Made by a program: the position numbers and the translations under genes
Source of the DNA: Antedon mediterranea
Taxonomy: Eukaryota; Animalia; Echinodermata
DNA length: 64,000 nt
Reading direction: 5' to 3'
NCBI RefSeq assembly: GCF_964355755.1
Contig: NC_092673.1
Coordinates: forward strand, 34,407,648-34,471,647
Notes under the pieces: generated by a model
What the model saw: the letters and a program-made list of their open reading frames with translations, nothing else
Told to the model about the DNA's origin: nothing
Database searches by the model: none
Shown here: positions 52,059-64,000 of the stretch, in pieces
Layout: every line of letters begins with the position of its first letter
How positions within the stretch are numbered: the stretch's first letter is position 1

Positions 52059-55000
52059 ACTATATTTTTGGAAAAAGTGACAATTTTAAAAATTTTTCCT
52101 GAGGTTACAGGTGTCTAAACATAGACCTACCCAACAGTTATTGCATTTACTTTAGTATGGTGCGCCGAATATATAAAAAGCAACATATATCTATTTTCAT
52201 ATATTGTTCTGTGTGTTGTAGCATGACGATAAATCATATTAAAATTGTATTTGTTGCGCGATTAGTATAATTTCAGACGCGTGCGGTCGGCTTCTAAGGT
52301 CTTGTAAATGAGCATATCCTGGACACATTCATGGTACATTCTAAAAAAGGTCACTTCTGCTTATTTACACTATTTTTGTTTATATTTTTCTATTTAAAAA
52401 AAGAAAAAAAAACCAGAAAACCCATAAATATACAATTTACAAGTTGGTTACCTCAAGGACGGCAATCTTGTGGCAGTTGATTGTGACCAGCAAGATTTTA
52501 ACAAAAGGAAAATTTTACCAATTATTCTTATATGCAAAACAAAGCTAAAGTACTACAGAACCTCTCATTTAGAGGGAACATACAGCCAACCTCTATTAAG
52601 GGGACACTCCTAATATGAAGGACACGTTGTTTGTTGTGTCCAGAAGGAGTCTGTAATACGTCACATCAAAACAAAATTGTTCAACAGACGAAGTAGTGAA
52701 TGACAAATTATTCAGCGTATGGTATTTATATCGGGAATGTTGACATTTTAAACGTGGTCATGTTGCCATTGAATGGCATAGGATTTACAGGGGCTTTAAT
52801 GATCATCACTGCTGGCCATCACTGCAGACAAAATCCAATGCTTCTTGCGGTAAATGACTGCATGAACATTAGACACGCCGAGTGGAACGGATTACTTCGC
52901 AATGGTTAACTGATCTCAGACGGATATATGCTCCATTTGTTTAAAAACAAAAAAGAAAACATACTAACATATTCATACTTCAGTTATCTTCTTCGTATCC
53001 TGCTAGCTACACAGGTCGGATTAAAAAGAAAACGAGATAGACGCGGGGTATTTTTTTTTTAACAACCCCAGGGGATAGTATAAGACGTTGGCGACTAAAG
53101 CATCGAATCTCGAATAGTGTTAAAACAATAAAACAGCATATACATACTAAAAATACCTGCCGCAAGTATATATTTTTATGTCTTATTAGTACTGTTTGCA
53201 TAAATAGGCCTTATCATGTGAATTATTTTCATAGAGGTCTATGAAAATAAGCTGCGAAAGCGCAGTGATTTGGGAGGCGCGCGTTATAAACGTTGTTTAA
53301 CGGTACCAGTATTTTTATTGTACATTTTTCAGACACTGCTATGGAGGAGGATGTGGATGTGCATAATATTATATCTTTGAGTAATAGACCTATATTACAG
53401 GAACAGTATGTAGATTGTTATGACTGAATTGAACGTTAAAAAACACCTCCTACCTAGCACTAATCGGTACTAATACCCTGTTAACGGCAAAATGAATAAA
53501 CAAAGTATCTGCCATCACAGACATGTCAATAAAAGCCGTGACATTCTGAACGGTAAATGCGCTTAAATTAATTTTCTGCACTGGACACGTAATTTAAGTT
53601 CGTGTAACCGTAAAACTGACAATAGTGCGAACATTAAGGATGTACAAAGCTAATAATTCTTTTTAGGTCGACTTACAAATAGAGTACTTTTGATCAAATT
53701 ACTTGTTGATATATAAGTACAAACTATTTCCACTTCCAGACAATATTACCACTCCATTAGTGGAAAAATTAATTATAGAATTGCAATTGTATAATAATAA
53801 ATAACCATTTAAATGGATGTTAATTGGTTAAAAGCTGTAATACTTCTCACAGCTAATGGAAATAGCTCTTCGTGTATGACACTTGGTAGTAAATTAAGCG
53901 CTCATTTGCATCTTTTGAGCCACAGGTGCCGAATGAACAAAAGTACAAATGTACGCTAGTAGACCTCCGATTGTAAGAGATTTGATTGGAGAAGACGTTT
54001 TAAACCGCCAGAAATATGCACTAGAAGAGCCTCGAACCTGTACCTGACTATAGGTGATATGAAAAGAAAAAAATAGTACATGCCGCTTATCAATAAAGGA
54101 CGGTAATCTCATGAAAATACACCAACTTTGAAAGAAAACCCCCAAATATTTACCTGAATTAAACCCCTGTAATTTAAGGGAAAAATATATGGATTTTGGT
54201 TAAATTTAACTGTTTATTTTGTCTTTTATAGGCTAAGTGTCGTCATTTTCATATGGAAAGGAATAATTTCATTAAAACTGCAAAATGGCCTATAGATTCA
54301 AACTCAATTATATATAAATCCTTATTTTTCATGAGTTAGGGGTACAATACATCTTCAATCATCATGATCTTTTTCTGAACATTTATGACGGCTATTGCAT
54401 CCCTTAGATTGGAGGTATGGAAGGCAAAAATGGAAAAAACACCGTCATTTCCAGATTTAGGATAAAATAAATTCTATACAGAAAATGGTACACATAAATT
54501 GCAAGAAACCATTTGAAAACTAAGCATGACGTAATCTGCTATAATAAAAAATAAAATAAAAGATGGATCGACTGCATTTAATATGGAATAGCAAAAACCA
54601 TAAAATAAATTGGAATATGAACCAAAGGCCAAAACAAAAACAGCTAATATAAAAATATTTTCAACGTTTTACATCGATAAAAATCTTTGTCGTAAAATTG
54701 ACGCTTTTATAATTGCGTTTCGTTGAGTTAAAAAGGCAGATACGCGGTCATTACGCTATTTCTTTAGGAAAGTCACATTTTCATATCGATAATATAGATC
54801 ATATTGAACACATAAATGTCATTCTAAACGTTATTAATGATCTTAATATAAACTTTAAACTCCATTAATCTATAGTTTTTATCAAAGAAATACGGGTATA
54901 TAAATGTTGAAATAGCATTCATCACATCATAAAAGTTTGCGGCGTTTGATGAAAATATGACCGAATTAATCTAACTCGTGTGATTTACGACTCTTTATAT

Positions 55001-56404
55001 AGAAAGGTGACATTTTGAAAATTGAACAAGATTAAGAAATAACGTGGAATAACCCGACGACACAGGCAGGAAGCACAGACAAACCTACGCACTAAAACAA
55101 AGGTTGCGCCTTTTTCTACAAAGTGTTATTCTATTACAACCGGTTATCTGTATTGTACTTAATTCGTTCAGTATAACACGAAATTTCTATGATACAATAT
55201 CACATGTTCGTCTTAAGTATCATAGGAATTATTTGAAAGATATGATTGAAGTTAAGGCAAAAACAATGTCATATGTGATACTGTATTTGGAAACGTGCAT
55301 GATACTACAGTATACATCATGAAATTGTGGATGGAGAATCGGGCTTTAGACATAGATATAGCATGGTGTAATTAATATATATCATGAAACATGGTTTTTA
55401 CCTTTAAAAGTAATATTATTAATGCGTTTCTACAATATAGGCCTAGTCTTAGATAATAACTCTAAACCTAAATGACATACATTTTAACAACATTTGCGAG
55501 TTATATAATTCTTTGTTAGCGAAGATATACATTACCTTTAGGCATTTTAAAACAACTCCTATAATAGCAGTTATCTACCTTGCGTGTTAACATTTCTGTT
55601 TCCGAATAACTAAGCTTATGTTCAGACATAGGAAGTTGATACAAATAGTAACATATAAGGTACTAGGAGTTAGGTAACCAAAAAGTAATATATTATCAAG
55701 AAGGCAGTTTAAACAACATTGCATATCAAACAAACCGATCTAGGTTCTATAATACCCACATCCATTTCAAAAGCCACTTTTGTTTGTGGCCTCGACAAAC
55801 ATTTGGATATACATGGCTTAACTTGAGATTTAATTAGATCATTTCACAGATAAGGCAAATTTGTACTTGATACGACGGAAATTCAATAGTATTTATTTCT
55901 CAATAATAAGAAAAGAGACTTGTGACAATTTTTGCAGTTGATAAATTATTATTCAGAAAAATACTTATAAGTTAATACATAATACTACAAATCCTCGGTA
56001 ACACTTTCCCTCAAAAGACAAAACACAAATTGAACGCGCGCGTACAAAAATGTGCATACAACAAGGTTTGTTTTCTGTGTACAGATGTACTACTATGGTT
56101 TATACGCGCGCGTACTTAATGCAGTATTGATCACCGGCATTTACACGCTCGCGTATAAAGAAATATTACATTAAGGTCCACGATTGTACGCGCGTGTTTA
56201 AATGCATAGTAAATTATCGGGATTTATATGCATGCGTATAAATATGCTATATATTCTAAGCTCAAGTTCAAGAAGGAATAATAAAATACAATAATTAAAC
56301 AGATGTTAGTTAGTTATGTTATGCAAGTTAAGTTATTAATATTTTCTGTTCAGAAGATATTAAAGAATGGCAATTTCATTTCAATATTTAAAAAAAAAAT
56401 CTTT

Positions 56405-56503
56405 TTAGTCGCGTGCAACGCGATTCTACAGCTCACTATGTCGGTCGGTTGGTCGGTTAACACTAACGTGAGCATGCGACTGCAGCCATGAATATGGCCT
56501 TGT
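56405..56503 (+). mobile_element. Short Helentron/DINE-1-like element
   Basis: Inserted in a T-run, with a 5' hairpin agtcgcgtgcaacgcgatt, a (gtcg/gttg)n tract, a subterminal inverted gcgact and a 3' ggccttgttttt end. Confidence 0.6.
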
Positions 56504-57931
56504 TTTTTTAAACTGATGTTGTGAATACATTTGTAATGAATGGTTTGTTATTTTATTTTAAAATATAAAGGCTAGGCCTATACAAAATAACATTTCGTTA
56601 TCTTAAAAGGTCGTCACATCTTGATTAGCTTGTTTGTGATTGGGGTATGCTTTGTTCTGAAAGAGATGTATTTGTTTTCATTCAGTGTTGATAGCGATGG
56701 TTTTCTTTTATCCATGCTCGTGGGAAACTCGATCTATCGATAAATATAATCCTAAAACAACCATTTATCAAGAATACATATAATACAAATATATAAACAG
56801 AAATCATGAGATGATTGTCAGAATCGACTATATTTGACAAAAATACCTTATGGCTATTTCAAAATGTTGAAATGCTACCTAAACCGATAAAAGCTACGAT
56901 TACGTGGTGAATTATGACTCATTTTCAGTAGCTAATGACACAAAACAATTGTAGAACTGACGTTGGAAAAATACCGAATACATCTTTGGGTTGTGCCTGT
57001 TAACTGTACGTCAAGTGGACCTTCGACAAAAAATAAGTAAAACAAGTTGAGAAATTATGTATTCCTTTTAGGCCTACTCTACTGTATGTTAAAGCAGAAA
57101 AGCATTCATAAGCCTAATGGCTCTCTTCTTAAGTTTGGCACTAGCGACGCAACGATTTGACCAATTGACAAGCGATGGATTATTCAAAAAGTGGCTGGTC
57201 ATTGTAACTCGTGTAAACGGGCGCAAAAAAGACAAGGTATTCTTATGTATTAGTATAGGTCAAATCAAAGATATATAGTATTGGCATGTAAAATGAAAAT
57301 AAATAAGAAAATAAGGGTTACAGTTTCTAGCCTGGTGCTCATTAGGTCAATACAAATGATATGTAATATATTGATGGTTCAGAAAATACCTAAGTTCATA
57401 TTTTATCCTGGTAGTTCAGCGAGTGTAGGTCACTCGTGTTCTTTTAAATGTTAAGCCACAGATTATCTAATTATATCTATTGACCGATTGCTGACCTCGA
57501 TATTTCATAATATCAGAATGACCGACGGAACAAATGGTCAAGAATTACCTGGAAGCCACATTGTAGCCTACCATTTATACTGCTAATTAGTGGGTCGGTG
57601 GACAAGTGACCCATGATAGGTTTTCTTTCTCAAATGAATTTGAAATTATTTTATATTTACTGAATTATTTTTAAACTAAAACACGATTTGTAGATAGTTA
57701 ACACGTATTTCCAATTACACATGATCAAAACGTTTTAATTTACATAACATATTAAAATTACAGTAATCAAGACAGTTGTATCTATATTCACTAATTTATT
57801 TCCTATTCCTATTTTACAGCTATTTAATAGTCCAGGAAATTAAAAAAAATCAGACGATTATTATATGGTATGAATTGTAATTAATATGTTGGGGGCGCTA
57901 ATAACAGTTTCGTATAGAGTGCCGTATATAC

Positions 57932-58222
57932 TGGAGAGTGATGGTGTAATGGTAATATCGGACTAGCATGTGATAGGTTCGAGGTTATCTGTGCCATACT
58001 AATTGCATTACTCTCATTGCCTCATCCTTCGGATTGGATGTAAAGCCGTTGGTCCGTACTTAACAATTCACGTTAAAGAACTTGGTACACTATTTGAAAA
58101 GAGTAGGGGATCGTCTCCCGGTGTGCTGATCTGGTAGGCGCTGCACTGCTGGCTGCCGTGGGTCCGTGGAGGGCCTAGTCCGAATTTCCTTAGTTTCCAG
58201 TTAAGCTCGAGGACAAATATAA
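57932..58222 (+). mobile_element. tRNA-derived SINE with Deu/Nin-type conserved core
   Basis: A/B-box-like head (tggtgtaatgg...ggttcgagg) and core ccttcggattggatgtaaagccg...cacgttaaagaac...actatttgaaaagagtagggg...cccggtgt. Confidence 0.7.
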
Positions 58223-58393
58223 ATACCTTAGGCATATAACCCCTCCTCTATTAAGCGGACACTTTGTTGGGTCCCGAAGGTGTTCTCGTAATAACTTGGG
58301 GTTCTACTATATAAGTGAGTAAAATAAAAAGTAATGTTAATCATAGAGGGTGACGTGTTACTTGGAAAATAGTACAAATAGAGTGATACTTAC

Positions 58394-58673
58394 ATAGTGC
58401 TTCGCCCAGCACCCACTGTTCCAGTACAAACGTTTCAATCAATGCCACTGGCATGCAAATAAGAAGCACTAACATATCTGCTATACTTAAATTTAGTAGA
58501 TAGTAATTTGTTGAACTCCTCATGTCAGAGTTCCTCCAAATGACAAAAGCAACCAGAATGTTGCCTACAACTCCGAACGTAAATATTAACACGTAAGCAA
58601 CGGTGGTGGGAATCATGGTAGACATGGGAAGTTCCTCAATAAGAGCTGTTGAGCAATTCTCGTAAGCATCCAT
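58394..58673 (-). CDS. Class A GPCR, ETH-receptor-like, coding exon 1 (N-terminus, TM1, TM2, ECL1)
   Basis: acaATGG start with an upstream in-frame stop and an NCS sequon. Motifs GVVGNILV, DMRSSTNYYLLNLSIADMLVLLICMP, WVLG; donor gtaagt at 58393. Confidence 0.95.
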
Positions 58674-59689
58674 TGTGTCCGATTTGTATTCTCTCAGGCT
58701 AAATCACAAAGTTTGATAGTTTTATCAACAACCTTAGTCGCTAATTGTTTCTATGAAAAATTCGCGTTACGACGACGCACGTTGAACATAAAGCGCGTTA
58801 TTCACGAATACATTAAAGTCACTTTTTACGACGTAGCACACTATCAACATATAACATTCTTAAATATATTTTCCATAGACAATGTTCTCTTGTAGTTGCA
58901 ATATGTTCATAGCGGTATTAGTTAATGTACAAAATTGTATTCAATATGCTATCCTCAGATCACTTTCCTACAATAATACTGTGTCTGACAAATTACACAG
59001 AATGATAGGCGATACAAATCTCGTGTTCACGTACATATATATTTATATATATACAAATATTCGTCTGGGTGACTGTGATTCGCTAAGCGTACGTCAAACA
59101 GGTTGGACATAAAACACATTAGCCAATCACAGAAGGGATAACGCGGCGTAACTTATATCTCATTTTCTGGCCGTTTTCTCATTGCTAGGGTTTTCCTAAT
59201 TGTCATCAATGAACGGATCAATAGACTAATATTGTTTGCGTAGCTCAGGTTCGCATATTTAACTAAAGATAGGAATGGGATGGCTCGCGTGATCAATTTA
59301 AATAATACCTGTACTGGAGCTACAGTATTTCCTGAAATATATGTATTTTTTTAACGCAACAGCAACCCTTTTATTTCTTGAATGATGGTTGCAAAATAAT
59401 ATGACGTAGAACATGACCTTGAATTCTAGATAATATAACGATCCCATTGGACATACGATGAATTGAAATTGACCAAATCTGGGACGTAATTATGCGATCA
59501 TATTCTTTGTACTTAGGAGAAGGGGTCACGGCAGCCGGGGAAATGAGTGGAGTCTGTATTCTTGTTCTATTTATACTAAGAATGAAATTACCGTAAAACT
59601 TAATCTTGTCGTCATTTAAATGTAATTAAACCATTCAATAAATGCATGCAGTGCAATGCCTGTACATCGATCTTCCATAATATTTGTAT

Positions 59690-59975
59690 CTTTTCCTAAT
59701 ATTACTTTTCCATTGGTAGATTTCGTATCACATGTCAATGTTAAATTCGTTCTATTCAACCAATGTCAATAATCATACAGTTCCATTTAACTGCTAACAC
59801 GTTGTCACGTGATAACCTAATATTAATTTTCCATTGGTTGAATTCGTATCACATGTCAATGTTAATTTCGTTATATTCAACCAATGTCAATAATCATATT
59901 CAACAGTTCCATATCAACTGCTAACACGTTGTCACGTGATAACCTAATACTACTTTTCTATTGGTTGAATTTCAA
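59690..59975. repeat. ~125-bp tandem duplication ~1 kb upstream of the GPCR start
   Basis: The block ttttccattggt...ttcgtatcacatgtcaatgttaa...aactgctaacacgttgtcacgtgataacctaat occurs twice plus a partial copy. Confidence 0.85.
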
Positions 59976-60489
59976 TCGTTCCATTCAACTGTCAAGTGAT
60001 ACGTTCATAATTAATCCACAACACCAAATTGCTGTGCTCCCCGGGCCGCAACATTCAAACGCCGCCATTTTGTCATGTCAAGTAAAACCTGTTATTTTGC
60101 CATCCAATGTAAGCTGGAATAGACAATGTCTGTGTAATGTCAGAAGTAATTATTTAATGTTAACAATACATTTACTTTACTATTAGAAAAGTAGATGTAT
60201 TTACGTAAACAATTATAGAAAAAAAAGCATGGGAAAGAGGCAGGATAAGAAGCAATAACTTGATGGATAAGACCATGATAATGAAATATAATACTGATTA
60301 GTATTCAAGATATAACAGATAGTAATTGTGCATAATGACCTTTTAATATACAGTCTAGTACTGTACAAATCAATTTACAACAAAACATACAATAACATTA
60401 ATGCAATCCATCAATGAGGGCGTTGTTGAATGATTACACAAAACAGAGGTACTACACCTTAGTATAATGTACTGATTGTTCAGGGATAT

Positions 60490-60710
60490 CGACTAATAGT
60501 GTCTCCCGAGTCTTCTCGGATAAGGACTATAAACTGTAGGTCCAGTGTACACATCTAGCTCGTGTGCACTTTAAAGAACCTAGTACATCTTTCGAGACGA
60601 GTAGGGGGTTACCCCGGTGTATTAGTACATCACAGCCACTGATCACCAACTGGGCCCTCTGGGAGACCAGTCTTTGACTGAAGAGGTTACCCAGTATAAA
60701 AATAAATAAA
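60490..60710 (+). mobile_element. 5'-truncated Deu/Nin-core SINE (second family)
   Basis: tcggataaggactataaac..aggtcc...gcactttaaagaacc...ttcgagacgagtagggg..accccggtgt, followed by an A-rich tail. Confidence 0.65.
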
Positions 60711-61252
60711 TTTCCCCGTCCCCCGAATACCGTAAAAAGCCGTACCGAAGGTCTATATGACACTATTGATTCTTGTAAAACACATGTGATGCTGTATTCC
60801 CTAATATTTCTATGATACTCAGTACCGAGAATTGCGTGGTAGCGTTTAATAGACGCTGTCTGAATAGATTGAAAATTAATACTTAATATACTTTATAATA
60901 TATAAACGCATAGTGCTCAAATTATATCGTATCTTAATGGAAATGGCATATACCTGACTTTGTAGAGGACTAAATAACACGGGCCTAGGCCTATATAACT
61001 TAATCTTGTGTTTTGTTATTCAATAGATAAAATGCTAACGAACTTGGTTGAAACCTGTTTGAAGATAAGTTTGCTAGCGGGATATACTTTGTGATTAAAT
61101 TTAGCCATCAGCAATATATAAACAACACATATGTCTATACACTGCATATCTACCCAAAATAAAAACATGGTTCTAACAAATTGGATTAGGAACAAATCCA
61201 ATTGTTTACGTAAAAAGAATATAAAATTGGATACTAGTAATACCTTAAATTC

Positions 61253-61313
61253 GTTACGACTTACGTTACGACTTACGTTACGACTTACGTTACGACTTAC
61301 GTTACGACTTACG
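61253..61313. repeat. 12-bp repeat (gttacgacttac) x5
   Basis: Direct periodicity. Confidence 0.9.
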
Positions 61314-61474
61314 TTTAAGCTGTACTTTAGCTGTATTCATCAATGGTAGGGCTTACTTAAGCTAACAAATTCCCTTAACATGCTTTCACTTGGTACAAAT
61401 AGGAGAATATTTAAATTTTAAGGGTAATGCGTTTTCCCTTATTTTAGTTAAAGATAATATATTAAAACAACAAT

Positions 61475-61735
61475 AACAACTAACAATGAACAACTAACAA
61501 CTAACAACTAACAATGAACAACTAACAACTAACAATGAACAACTAACAACTAACAATGAACAACTAACAACTAACAATGAACAACTAACAACTAACAATG
61601 AACAACTAACAACTAACAATGAACCACTAACAATGAACAACTAACAACTAACAATGAACAACTAACAACTAACAATGAACAACTAACAACTAACAATGAA
61701 CAACTAACAACTAGCAACTAACAACTAACAATGAA
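61475..61735. repeat. 7-bp microsatellite (aacaact/aacaatg)
   Basis: Direct periodicity with a 21-bp higher-order pattern. Confidence 0.95.
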
Positions 61736-61841
61736 CCAGCGTGTATCATTTTAAAATCTAAGATGCAATTTACATTCTTCTATTCTAGTATTTTAATTGT
61801 TAATGAATTAGGCCTAACTTGCTACCGTAAATCTTTCTAAT

Positions 61842-62005
61842 ACCGTAAAACCTCGAAAAGAAGCCCATGGACTTAAACCTCGAAAAGAAGCCCATCTCAA
61901 AAAGAAGCCCCCTCTACAGTTTGCAAAAGTACTCTCGAAAAGAAGCCCATCTCGAAATGAAGCCCCCTGGACTTCTTTTCAAGATAGCATGGCTTCTTTT
62001 CGAGA
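61842..62005. mobile_element. Terminus of pogo/Tigger-like DNA element
   Basis: TA|CCGTAAAACCTCGAAAAGAAGCCC with the motif ctcgaaaagaagccc repeated directly and inverted. Confidence 0.55.
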
Positions 62006-62064
62006 TGATGATGATAATAATTAATATGTATGATCGTGTTTATCATACATTTATTTTACAGTTT

Positions 62065-62396
62065 ATTGTCGTCCAAATGGTGCTTTGATCGCATCTTGTA
62101 TCCTTTTCTTGTCTGCTTCGTTGGCAAATATGTAAAATCGGCAGGGAATTTCCACACCTCCACCAAATACCCATTTTCCTTTGGGGCCGTTCGTTCCATT
62201 CCAGTTATCTTGGCTTTAAGGTGCACTACTGTCGATCCTATCCTTCATCAACGGAGCTATTATTTGAGTAAAACATTCAGGACCATGTCAAACATCTGCA
62301 CCATTCAACGAACATACATTGATTGCACCCCCGTGGGGTTACTATTAAAGTCACAAAAATGACATTATGAAGACTGGTCGTTTATGATGCAGCCAT
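62065..62396 (-). pseudogene. Degenerate HIRAN-like domain ORF adjacent to the transposon end
   Basis: Frameshifted translation N....AINV......(G)HGP...IIAPLM....AKITG.ERTAPKGKWVFGGGVEIPCRFYIF resembles the HIRAN-like GHVP...ITG...GGxEIPC pattern. Confidence 0.45.
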
Positions 62397-64000
62397 ATTT
62401 TGAAAATTAGGAGATAGGCCTAATGCATGTTGATCTCGGGGCTCGGGGAGAATTGAGTGTTTTTGAGTTTATAAACTATAAAGTCAGAGCTCAAACAAAT
62501 GATCCGCCTTCAACTTGTTTTTGTTTATTTTATCTCGCTTTTTTGAACCGGTATACAACTGTGTGATAGAGTTTATACATAATTTCCTACAGTTAAACTC
62601 TGCAGTCATAACATTTTACATGATAATAATTTTAGATTATGTGTAGCGCATTATACTAAAGCCTCGGTGCGCAAATGCCAACAGAATTAAGAAAAATACG
62701 AGCTAAAAAGGTGAGTCGACATTAAAGCGGTCTTAAAATCAGCATCCATAGCGGTATGACACGGTTCCTTTATTATACTAATCGTAATGAGCCCGTTTTC
62801 CGGGGCTTGTCATTTACTAATTCAAAGTGGGATTTCTAATAACTGTTACAACCCAACATCGTAATTGGTCTGTCAGCACTTTTCGTAGTTGCATATTTCT
62901 TTAGTGGGTGTAAGTGTTGTTTTACCATAAGGTGTGTATTATGATTGAAGTAATAAGACTTTGTTTATGTAGAGCATCTTGTGTATATGTTTGTCTTGTG
63001 AATCTCCGAGGGTCCCTAATGATCAGCAATTGCTGGATTAAACACCCTCATTAAATATGGTTTAAAAAAATGTAAAAGTAAAATGCGGATATATGACTCC
63101 AATACAGTAATACAAAAACCAGTAACTTAATGATTCCGATATATATAAAAAGAGCGGTGAACAGCATTCTCTGCTGATGGCCATCATAAATGCTCGGTTC
63201 TCAAACACTTTGTGATATAAAGGCTTTTCGTTAAAATATTAAGTTAACCCTTTACGGTTAACGAAGTATAGATATTCAGAAACACATATCCAATTATTAT
63301 GGTTAAAGAGGCATTATAGCTTAGAGGCTGTGTTAGAACATGTCTATTCATTTCATAGTCGATAACCCGATAGAGAAATCCCAGACAGCGCCAACCACAA
63401 CATGGCATTGGTCCATCAATGAAAAGAAACAAGAAAAGGATAGACATTATAACACGAGTGTAAGCACCCTAAATGGGTATTATATAAAATTAAGATTGAG
63501 ATACAAAACATTCATATTATAGTTATGTACAGAAAGGCTACAGTAACAATACTAACCAATTTGGACACATTCTTAATGTTCAAACATAAGTCTGTTTGAA
63601 GATTATTTAAAATAGATTCATTGACAGACAAGTTTAAGGACGCCGCTTACCGCTGCCGATGCATAATAGATGGCATTGATTAGAATTGCGTGACCAATAT
63701 AGAGTGCCAGTCTGTGAAATAAATTCTAAAAAAAAATTAAATTTGATCCAATTTGTTTAGCCAAAGGTTTTCCATCAGTGAATTATTTTATTCCATAAAC
63801 TGATTAAAAAGACGATCATCTGCGTATGATCTCACCAATTGTTAATTTTCAGAAATTGGCGTATTAGAGGAAAGGAATTTAAAACGTGTCGACGACCGTA
63901 TCTTTTGTCTTTTGTTTTGTATGTAGTGTTTCATTCGCCTATTGATTAATGAGAAACATATCTGTACCAGTGCGTTCAAATGCCGATAATAATATTAGAA

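Larger units (their letters stand above)
25440..58393 (-). other. 32,954-bp GT-AG phase-1 intron of the GPCR gene
   Basis: Donor T|gtaagt at 58393 and acceptor ttttag at 25440. Joining gives ...WVLGEALCTIVSFMENSCAH... with no missing segment; 280+1190 = 1470 nt = 489 aa + stop. Confidence 0.92.

Noticed and set aside
58341-58393. ORF extension KYHSICTIFQVTRHPL of GPCR exon 1
   Set aside because: It is read-through past a consensus gtaagt donor that is phase-compatible with exon 2.

Overview
AT-rich invertebrate animal genomic DNA. An echinoderm-like deuterostome is my inference from the Deu/Nin-type SINEs and a 2A-bearing LINE; it is not proven. One host gene is supported: a two-exon, minus-strand class A GPCR most similar to ecdysis-triggering-hormone (ETH) receptors (58673-58394 joined to 25439-24250, 489 aa, 33-kb phase-1 intron). 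The rest is nested mobile DNA and minisatellites. It includes two unrelated Academ-type (XPG nuclease/Cys-finger) DNA transposons that have both become giant palindromes with arms copied from the 3' end of the ORF, a TIR element hosting one of them, a Helitron, Helentron-like and Harbinger-like MITEs, a three-element LINE nest with a 2A-like peptide and PHD finger, Deu-type SINEs and a Penelope/hammerhead-like hairpin. The strongest unexplained signal is a recurrent exact 6-bp insertion converting TA to TAGGCCTA. It can be polarised against paralogous copies inside the window and is strongly over-represented. All family assignments come from motif recognition by eye; no searches were run.
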